From the NCBI GenBank assembly GCA_020137815.1, contig CM035351.1:930001-994000 (forward strand): a DNA stretch of 64,000 bases. Direction: 5' to 3'. The first letter of the stretch is position 1, and each line of letters opens with the position of its first letter. The position numbers and the translations under genes are program-made. The DNA comes from Hormiphora californensis. Taxonomy: Eukaryota > Animalia > Ctenophora. Positions 41,758 through 53,100 of this stretch are shown here, in pieces. The notes below the pieces were generated by a model that saw only the letters and a list, made by a program, of their open reading frames with translations, did not search any database and had not been told where the DNA came from.

Positions 41758-42376
41758 AAGAGAGAGAAGCTAGGTGAGTGTGTGGGTTGTGAGAGGAGAG
41801 AGTGACGACTGGTGAGAGAGAGAGAGTATAGATTTTATCATTCTCGAGAGAAAGACAGATCAGGAACCTTGATGATAATAATGAAAGGACGAAAAGAAAA
41901 TCAACCATCATTTTTACTCACAAGCCCTTCTTAAACCATTTTTGAGATCCCACAATTTAATCCATATTGCACATCACCATTATGCAAATGTTGAAAGATT
42001 GCGATTGAACTTAGATTTACGGGTAAAATGTTAATGATATATTATGATAATTGGGATCGAGAGAGAGATAGAGTTATTCTACTAAATTTGTGCACCGTTA
42101 TATAAACTACCGTTCTGTTATACAATGCGTGTGTTCGACAACGTGGTGTTACATATTCTCACCAAGTTTATCATTCTAGTTACAAAAACTAAAATATACC
42201 GTGTTTCGATTTGTTTTATACAACAACAGAGAAGAGCTCTTCTCGGCTCGAATCAACCCCAAAACAACAACAAAAGCTATTGAAATAGTAATGACCAACT
42301 ACCCGATTCCTCCTTCCTAAACATTCCACTTTATGCAGCACATGCTACTCCCATTTACTCTGTCATAAATTGACCT

Positions 42377-42413
<37 letters not shown>

Positions 42414-42421
42414 CTCTCTCT

Positions 42422-42496
<75 letters not shown>

Positions 42497-44380
42497 TATC
42501 TCTCTCTCTCTCTCTCTATCTCTCTCTCCCTCCCTATAAAATACCACCACACTCTCCCCCCTCCCTCTATTATATACCACTTCACTCTCTCCCTCCCTCC
42601 CTCTATAAAATACCAACTCACTCTCTCCCCTCCCTCCCTCACTCTCTCCCTCCCTCTATATACCAACTCACTCTCTCCCTCTCTTCTCTCAGCAAATATC
42701 AACTCACTCTCTCCCTCCCTCTCCCCTCCCTCTATAATACATCAACTCACTCCCTCCCTCTCCTCTCTCAGCAAATGTCATCGTCTCCGTGCAGAAAGCG
42801 GCAAAAACGATGCCCTCCCGCCAGCAATCTAGATGTGGTTGATATCAGTGATGGAGAGAATGATGATAATGATGTTAAATCTCCAGTTGTGATAAAAAAG
42901 GAGCCCAAATCGCGAGTGTTCAATAAGATCCCCATCAAGTCGAGTCCCAAAACCAATATCTGTGGAAGATATTTCAGATGATGAGGGTGGTGGAAACTCT
43001 TCCGTACTGCAGCTCCACAAACTAAATCCGGTCTAAAGGAGTCTCCAATGAAGAGCCTAATTAGAAGCATCTCGTCTCTCTCTCCCTCTCTCTCTCTAAG
43101 CGTTTCCCTTCTCTCACTCTCTCTCTCTCTCTCTCCTCTCCTATATCTCTCTCTCATCTCTCTCGTCTTCTCTCGTCTCTCTCTCTCTCTCGCTCTTGCC
43201 CGCTTTTTCTCTCTGCTACTTCGCTAGATGTGATTGTGTGCTCTTACTCTCCTCCATTCATCATTACCTCTCGCTTCCTTGTGTCTCGGCTCTCTTCCAC
43301 CTCTCTCCTCTCTCTCTCTCTCTCTCTTCTTCTCTCTCTCGCTCATCTCTCCCGCAGTCCTCTTTCTACACAATTACATCTCTCTCCGATCCTGCGTCAC
43401 TCTTTCTCTCTCTCCTTCTCATACTCTCATCTCTCCCCATCTCCTCACTCATTCTTATCCCACCTGTTTCTCCCGCACCACAGCACGCATCACCTATTTC
43501 TTCAACGATGACATGCTATCGCATCCGTAAGTTCCTCTACCCTTTTCACTTCTATCCTTTATTCCTGACTTCCAAATATATCTACACGTTTTTCTCATCC
43601 GCTCGTCATGTCCTCATATCTCCTATCATTTTTCTTCATAGTGTTCTCTTTTGACAATTCCCTCTCTCTTCTTCTCTCTCTCTTCTCTATCTCATGCTTT
43701 TCATTTTCCCTCTCCTCTCTCGTCTCTCTCGTCTCCTCTCTCTCTCCTCTCTCTCATTCATCTCCTCGGAGATTCTTCTCCTCTCTCTCATCTCTCTCAT
43801 TAGGCAATGGCTTATTTATTATGCACAATATCTCGGTCTCTCTCTCACCTGTCTATCCTTACAAGCTCTTATCAATCTCTCTTAAACTTTTTCACTATTT
43901 AGCTCTTCTCTCTCATCGTCTCTCTCTCTCTCTCTCTCTCTCTCAATCCTCTCTTCTACTCTCTACTTTCATTCTCTCCTCTTTTCAACCCTCCCCTACG
44001 TCTGAAGACACCGCGGACTATCTCTACTAAACTCATTTCTCTCATCTCTCGCCTCTCTCTCTCTCTCTTCTCTCTTTTCTTTCTCTCTCCTTGTCAACAA
44101 ACATAACTCACTGCTCTAACATGATAAGCTCTCTCCTACCCAATCTCGCTTATCCTACTCCCTAACCATACATGGGCTCTTTATCATCAATCAAATCCAT
44201 TTCATGATTTCTTCTCTCATCTCTCTCTTCCGTCTCTCACTCTGATAAACTCCGTCACGGTTCTCTACCTCTCTCCTTTGACCTAATCCTCTCTCTCTCT
44301 CTCTCTCTCCTCTCTCTCTTCTCCTTATCTCTCTTCCCCTCACACACCCTCTCAATCCTCGATGGCAATTGCCCTCTCCT
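40800..44380. repeat. Degenerate (GA)n then (CT)n microsatellite-rich / low-quality region
   Basis: Extended AG and TC dinucleotide tracts. Confidence 0.85.
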
Positions 44381-44506
44381 ATTATAAATCCATGAAATCT
44401 TTGTAGCTACAAGAAACAAGTAGACTAACACATGAAAATTTAACGTAATCGAAAAACATCAAAAAGCTAACAGAACATTTCTGATCTGATCTGATATTTA
44501 TTTCAG

Positions 44507-47500
44507 ATTGTCCTGATGTCGGCCACGGTCGACGTGGACCTCTTCGCAAACTATTTCCGTTGCCCTGTGGTGGAGGTTCCCGAGAGGACCTTCAAAGTTG
44601 ACCGGTAAGTTACTTACTAAGTTGATTGGTAAGTTACTTACTAAGTTGACCGGTAAGTTACTTACTAAGTTGACCGGTAAGTTACTTACTAAGTTGACCG
44701 GTAATACTAAGTTGACCGGTAAATTACTTACTACGTTGACCGGTAAGTAACTTGTTAAGTTGACCGGTAAGTTACTTGCTAAGTTGACCGGTAATACTAA
44801 GTTGACCGGTAAATTACTTACTAAGTTTACCGGTAAGTTACTAAGTACTTACTAAGTTGACCGGTAAGTTGAGTCAGTTGGAATTGTTACAATGCAACCA
44901 CTTATATCATGTGATAGACTGTTCGAAACATATGATTATAATCCTGGTTGTCCAGCTGTAGAACTCCCGAACCACCATATTGTAACGTTTTATTTTTATT
45001 TATTTATGGTGTTTGGTGCGTTTGGCTGGTGGAGCGCGTGAGAACTGTGGTCAGAGCATTGGCCTGACAGGTGTTTGATGGTTGCGATCTGCTGTATAAT
45101 TCATTTCCTCTACAGGTATTTCCTAGAGGATGCCATTGAGATGCTAGATTTCTTTCCGCCTCCACCAAGGAAAAAGGGGAAAAACTCTAAGAAGAATCCC
45201 CTAGCTGGTAAGCCATCAGGGGGGGGGGGGGTTGCCATGGTCACCCTTGTTTGTCACCATGACAACCTTTAGTACCGGTCATGGGCCCGGCTCTATCGCT
45301 ATGATACCCCCTATTTGGTGACATGGGGGTCCGGACTAAAAGTCGATCAACGGACGATAAATCACCGAGGGTGTAAGCTCGACAATTTGGCCACTAATGC
45401 AAAATACAAAGAGTTTACTGTGTAGTGTGTACTGTCTTCCTAATAATATGGTTAGGGCTATCGTTCGGGTTAGATTTAGGGCCACATTTTCGAGCTTTCG
45501 AACCGATGTGAGTTATCGTCCGTTCGACATTCAGTCCTATACCCATTACCCGTGACATGGACACCTTTGTGTGATCGACGTCTCGAACGACTGAGATCGA
45601 TCTCGCGAAGCAATGGTACCAAATCCCTCCCTCCCCATGTTAGGCAGTAATAATCCCTCCCTCCCCATGTTAGGCAGTAATAATCCCTCCCTCCCCATGT
45701 TAGGCAGTAATAATCCCTCCCTCCCCATGTTAGGCAGTAATAATCCCTCCCTCCCCATGTTAGGCAGTAATAATCCCTCCCTCCCCATGTTAGGCGATGA
45801 TACCAAATACCTCCCTTCCTATGTTAGGCAGTAATAATCCCTCCCTCCCCATGTTAGGCGATGATTACTGTGCAGATAGTGATGATGATGCTGATTGTAG
45901 GCAGAAGGAAAACGATCAGAATCTTAACCTGGTCTGTGATACGTAAGTGATTTTCCAGTTAGCAAGTACATGCCTCCTTGTTATTATTTAGAACCCTTTC
46001 CCCCGAGCTTCCCGGTAAATCGGGGTCCAACTGAAGTTGATAACATAGTGGATGGTAAAGGAACGCCATTACGAAATTCAGTGAGGTAACCCACAGCTCT
46101 CTCTCCCAGTGAGGTAACACACAATTCTCTCTCCCAGAACACAATATAAGATATCCACTGCCCAAGCGATGGCTCAGATGTCGGAGCGGGAGTTCAGTTT
46201 TGAGCTGGTGGAGAAGATTCTGGATTGGGTTCGACAACAGCCAGAACACGGGTCAGTGCTAGTGTTTTTACCTGGTTGGAATCACATCTTCGCTCTTCAG
46301 AAGTATCTCCAGCAACACCCTGTTTATGGTGAGTTTGGGGAGGGGGGCGGTGAGTTGGGGAGGGGCAGTTTGGGAGGGGGGTTGAGCGGGTTGAGTTGGG
46401 ATGGGGTGGTGAGTTGGGGAGGGGTGAGTTTTCAGTTTGAGTGGGTTGAGTTGGGGAGGGGCAGTTTGGGAGGGGGGTTGAGCGGGTTGAGTTGGGATGG
46501 GGGTGGTTAGTTGGGGTTGGGGGGGGGGGGGGGGGGTTTGGGAGGGGGGTTGAGTTTGGGGTGGTGATTTTTGGTGGGGTGAGTTGGGGGTGGGGGTGTT
46601 GATTTGACACACATTTATAGGAACATAACGTCGATTTTGGGTCAAAAAGTAATTGATTTAAATCACATAAATACATTGAACTCTGGTACATTGGTAAACA
46701 AGTTTTGTTCACTGATTATGCAGCTAATAAACAATCAACCGATCCTTATTCTTTGGTTCATTGTACTAAAATCACATACTATGTCCTTGAACAACCTCAG
46801 GCCAGAATTTTGTTTTGGAAACTTAGCTCGTCATTTCCGGTTATTCATCAGTTATCACGCCCACGATGTTTCTCCTTCCTATCCTGACAACTCCGGCAAT
46901 CTTCTCTACCACGAACTGACGCAACTTTTGTATCCTTGACATGTAAATTATCATATTCACAATGGAGTTGAAGGGTATTGAGTGGCTGTAGGCAAACCTT
47001 ATTATTGCTATCCTGATATAGACTGAGACAGTGGCCTGATGATACGCAGCACTGTCCCACAAAGTCTCCGACATAGTCATGATGGTCACTGGAGTGCTGA
47101 TGATCAAACAAGCCACGGTCAGATAAAGTATCGTGATAGTAGCTCTCTTTTTAGTGGAAGAGACTGGGTTGTTACCCGGCCGGTTACCCCTAATTGATAG
47201 ACATGATACAACTGCACTCATGATGGTGATAAAGACCGGTAAAGACTTGAAGAACACAAACAACAGAATGTTCCCTAAATAACTTCTTATGTAATCATAT
47301 AGAATAGGGTACCTAGACAAAGGTTCACAACTGCAGTTCGTTCCGCTTAGTAACGTGAAAAACGCCCTTGCGATTGGAAGTATTGTGTGAACGATCATTG
47401 GAATTAAGATGAATCGCCTCTTGATCACAAATAGGGGTACTTTAGCGCTACTGCCCTCGAACAGCTTAGAACTGTAATCAGGAATAGGGATTCACTATAC

Positions 47501-50090
47501 GAGATCTCGTAGAAGAGCCCGTACATGTTGCACAAAATAGGGAAGTCCCCCAACAGTCCTCCTTTTGGGAAGAGAGAAAAGGATGTTATTGCTGGCAGCA
47601 CCGACATAATGCAAATAAGAGTGTCTAGGGATGATATCCATAGACATATCAGGCGAGAATTTGACTTCTCGCAGGACAAGTGGTATAAAAAACACAGCAG
47701 ATTGAGGGGTGTTCCAATAAGGACGTAGAAGGTGAAGAAAACTTGGTCAAACCGGTCAAATAGTCCTATCACGTCGTCATTGACCTTCATGTACCAGTGG
47801 GTGGTATCATTTGATGGCACAAAATTCGTTGCTGCAGTGGTTTCCGTACTTTGATACAATGTTGACATCTCCATATACTTGAAAGTTGAAACGGCCATGA
47901 AACAATTCAGAAATTAGTAAAATCGAGTAGTGTTATAAATATAGAGGCCGAGTAAACGCATCACTTATTATATGGACAATTGAGACTCGTTGCACTTTAT
48001 TGACCCTGACATACATCGAGACTCAATTGTCCATATATAATTATTTATGATTATGAGACTCATATATTAAGACAACTCAATAAGTCATTCCTCCATTTTA
48101 TCGTGATCTCGGTTGTGCATGACCGAGACTTCGCTCACATACAGGTGCCCGCTACATAATGTATTTTAGAGCAAAATTTATGAATAATTCGGCTTCAACA
48201 AACTACTGAACCGATTTAGGTTGATACTATCACTACTAATAGTTGATGTAGCGACGTTGATAATATTTAAATAACCCCTACATCCATAATTCTAAACGGT
48301 TATATCTCCTCCACTAGGTGGTGCGGATTATTGGCTGTTACCTCTTCACAGTCAGATTCCAAAAGACGAACAGAAACGAGTGTTTGTGCCTGCCCCGGAG
48401 GGGTTCACTAAAATCATCCTCGCAACCAACATTGCAGAGACATCCATCACAATCAATGATTGCATCTATGTAATTGACTTGTGTAAAGCCAAGATAAAAG
48501 AATTCTTTGTCAAGCGAAACCTGGCTGATTACCGGTTGCTGTGGGCAAGTCAGTCCAACCTGGAACAGAGGGCCGGGAGGGCTGGGAGAGTCCGACCTGG
48601 GGTGTGTTTCCACCTGTGTAGTCGGGCACGGTTCCAAGAAATGGCTCACCACATCTCCCCTGAGATACAGCGGACCGCTCTTCATTCTATAGGTCAGTAC
48701 TCAGTATTATAACAGGGGCATGCTCTTCAGTGAAGACTCAAACCGAGAGAATGAATAGCATCCCCCCCCCCCCCCCCCCGTTATGATATGGGATAATTGG
48801 GGGCATGTTGACAGTAAATAAATCACCACTTTTTCAAAAAATATTTTGGGGAGGGTGAACCCTATAAAAATAAAGATCCTTACACCTCTAAATTCTAATG
48901 TACCTCCCTGTAGCATTGACTGTTAAAGCCCTCTCTCTGGGTGATGTTGAAGACTTCCTGGGCAAGGCACTTGAAGCACCTCCTAAGACCTATGTGGCTA
49001 ACGCATTGACTGTCCTTCACGAGATGGTAAATCAGCTGAGCATACAAATTAGTTCTGTGATTTCTCGAATCGATATCGATATCGAATCGATATACAATAT
49101 TGTATAGATTTTGCCGATTACTGAACCGAGACCGTTATAGAGATAGGCTCATATTGAAATAGGACAAGGTTTGTGTAAGAACTGACACACATTCTCCCAC
49201 TCAGGGTGCCCTAGACAGGAACGGTGCTATAACCCCCATGGGTCATTGTCTGGCTATGTTACCTCTGGAACCCAGGCTCTCTCAAACTGTGCTGCTGTCC
49301 CTCATGTTCAGATGTGGTGACCCGATGATCACCATGGCAGCAGCAACATGCTTTCAGGGAACCATGGATACAAGAGGATACAAGGTATACCAACTGTGAA
49401 CTGATCTACTCATTTTCACCCTGACTGGCGGGGTGGATCTGATCTGAGCGTACTGTCGCGAGATTGGAGGCACCAGACAGATATCATTTCCCCTTTCTGA
49501 CCTCCACCCCAACCTTTGTCTCCTATCCCCTCCCTCTCTTACAATAATTCCACCATCTCCTAGACGAATGAGCTGGCACCACAAGAAGTTATCTGGAAAC
49601 CGGCACAGCGACCATATTGCCATTCTATCCGCGTACAACCAGTGGCAGAACGTCCCCGAGGAGGCAGGGGTGACCTTCTGTGACAGAAACAATCTCTCCC
49701 ACCTGACCCTGCAAATGATAAACTCGGCCAAGATGCAGCTGGTTAACATTGTACTAAAGATGGGATTCCCAGAGGAATGTCTCGCTCCCGTTGAGGTTAA
49801 CGTGGACGGACGGGATCGGAATTTGGATGTTATCGTTGCCCTCCTGACCGCCGGACTGTACCCAAACATTTGTGTACATCATGAAAAGAGGTGAGAGACC
49901 CCCCCCCCCCCCCCCCCCCCGGGTTAGATTGTGCAACCAAATCCAATTAATCAAGTGATCAATGATCATTATACTTGCTGTGTGTATTGGGATTCTTTCA
50001 ACCCAAAAATCATTGAGCGTGTACTGTCATGTTTGTTAGGAAATTATAAAACGCGGTGCACACACAGGGAAAGGGAGAGATCAGAGTGAG

Positions 50091-50149
<59 letters not shown>

Positions 50150-53100
50150 GGGAAAGAGCAGAAGACGACAAATAACAACAAACGATAAAAGGGGAAGAAA
50201 AAAAGGAAAGAGTAAGAAAGTAAAATGGAGGTGTGCCGATGGAAAGCATAAAATGACAAGCGGGAAAAATAAACCGAAACCAGATCAAAAGAGAGAGAAA
50301 GCATCTTTACCCAAAACTTGTTCCCCGGGTTTGGCGGAAGAATTACCAAATTATACACAAGTCTAGCACACCCCACCTTACAATAAACTGTGTACGACGT
50401 TTTGTGTCCTACATAATATTGATATTGGGACTCAAAGTGCATTGTAACGCACAAAGTGTGACACATCATGCCCAGTTTCTACCACTCATTCACGAGTACT
50501 CAAATTGTCGACCATAGCCATATTCCATATTGATATTGGATTGACGAAAGTCGTGATATTTCGATAGGGTTCCCCAAACCCGACACTCCTAGAAGAAGAA
50601 TCCCAAATAAAATTCTAACCCCTGCTACTCCTTATATTGGGCTTACCCATCTCTTGGGTTCCCCTTGTACTTTGTAGCGTTAGAGCGCCCACCGGCGATC
50701 CCATGGGACCCAGAGGGACTAAAAGAGAGAGGGATATTCAAACTAACAACTCTAGTAGATCAACTCTATATTCAGTTTTACTAACAACTATATCTCTCCT
50801 CTTGCTAGGAAACTCTGGGTATCGGAGGTGCAGCAGGCCCTGATGCACAAGAGCAGTGTGAACTGTACTAATGGTCAACTACATCTTCCCTTCTCCATTC
50901 TTCGCTTACGGAGAGAAGATCAAGACCAAGGTATGAATCAGGAACCGACCGAATCAGGAAATACTGGTCCCTGATTGGCTGATAACCAGTCACGTGACCT
51001 AAATAACGAGTTATGACTTGTTTCGGTCGGTTCCTGGTATGAATGGTAGTCAGATGATAGACGGGAATCCCATTTACAGGGGATGCTGAATGCCACCAAC
51101 CATTGTTGCAATACGATATTATATCGCGGGTATTCCACTGACTGCTTATGAAGCTGACTTGTTAGTTATTACTCTCAGTCTCTACATCTAACTATGTTCA
51201 TCACTCTCAGTCTCCATATAACTAACTTGATACTGTATTGCAGGTGATAGCAGCAAAGAGTACTACCATGGTGTCACCCCTTCACCTGGTAATGTTTGGT
51301 AGCAGTAGCGTCATCTACCATGGTGACCATGTCCTCCTTGACGAGTGGTGAGTGTGGGTTACCATGGTGACCATGTCCTCCTTGACGAGTGGTGAGTGTG
51401 GGTTACCATGGGGACCATGTCCTCCTTGACGAGTGGTGAGTGTGGGTTACCATGGTGACCATGTCCTCCTTGACGAGTGGTGAGTGTGGGTTACCATGGG
51501 GACCATGTCCTCCTTGACGAGTGGTGAGTGTGGGTTAACATGGGGACCATGTCCTCCTTGACGAGTGGTGAGTGTGGGTTACCATGGGGACCATGTCCTC
51601 CTTGACGAGTGGTGAGTGTGGGTTACCATGGGGACCATGTCCTCCTTGACGAGTGTTGAGTGTGGGTTACCATGGTGACCATGTCCTCCTTGACGAGTGG
51701 TGAGTGTGGGTTACCATGGGGATCATGTCCTCCTTGACGAGTGGTGAGTGTGGGTTACCATGGGGACCATGTCCTCCTTGACGAGTGGTGAGTGTGGGTT
51801 ACCATGGGGACCATGTCCTCCTTGATGAGTGGTGAGTGTGGGTTACCATGGGGACCATGTCCTCCTTGACGAGTGGTGAGTGTGGGTTACCATGGGGACC
51901 ACGTCCTCCTTGACGAGTGGTGAGTGTGGGTTACCATGGGGACCATGTCCTCCTTGACGAGTGGTGAGTGTGGGTTACCATGGTGATCATGTCCTCCTTG
52001 ACGAGTGGTGAGTGTGGGTTACCATGGGGACCATGTCCTCCTTGACGAGTGGTGAGTGTGGGTTACCATGGGGACCATGTCCTCCTTGACGAGTGGTGAG
52101 TGTGGGTTACCATGGTGACCATGTCCTCCTTGACGAGTGGTGAGTGTGGGTTACCATGGGGACCATGTCCTCCTTGATGAGTGGTGAGTGTGGGTTACCA
52201 TGGGGACCATGTCCTCCTTGACGAGTGGTGAGTGTGGGTTACCATGGGGACCATGTCCTCCTTGACGAGTGGTGAGTGTGGGTTACCATGGGGACCATGT
52301 CCTCCTTGACGAGTGGTGAGTGTGGGTTACCATGGGGACCATGTCCTCCTTGACGAGTGGTGAGTGTGTGTTACCATGGGGACCATGTCCTCCTTGACGA
52401 GTGGTGAGTGTGGGTTACCATGGGGACCATGTCCTCCTTGACGAGTGGTGAGTGTGGGTTACCATGGGGATCATGTCCTTGATGAGTGGTGAGTGTGGGT
52501 TACCATGGGGACCATGTCCTCCTTGACGAGTGGTGAGTGTGGGTTACCATGGGGACCATGTCCTCCTTGATGAGTGGTGAGTGTGTGTTACCATGGGGAC
52601 CATGTCCTCCTTGACGAGTGGTGAGTGTGTGTTACCATGGGGACCATGTCCTCCTTGACGAGTGGTGAGTGTGGGTTACCATGGGGACCATGTCCTCCTT
52701 GACGAGTGGTGAGTGTGGGTTACCATGGGGACCATGTCCTCCTTGACGAGTGGTGAGTGTGGGTTACCATGGTGACCATGTCCTCCTTGATGAGTGGTGA
52801 GTGTGGGTTACCATGGGGACCATGTCCTCCTTGACGAGTGGTGAGTGTGGGTTACCATGGTGATCATGTCCTCCTTGACGAGTGTTGAGTGTGGGTTACC
52901 ATGGGGATTATGTCCTCCTTGACGAGTGGTGAGTGTGGGTTACCATGGGGACCATGTCCTCCTTGACGAGTGGTGAGTGTGGGTTACCATGGGGACCATG
53001 TCCTCCTTGACGAGTGGTGAGTGTGGGTTACCATGGCGACCATGTCCTCCTTGACGAGTGGTGAGTGGGGGGGGGGGGGGGCCGGCTGAAGTTTTTGAAG

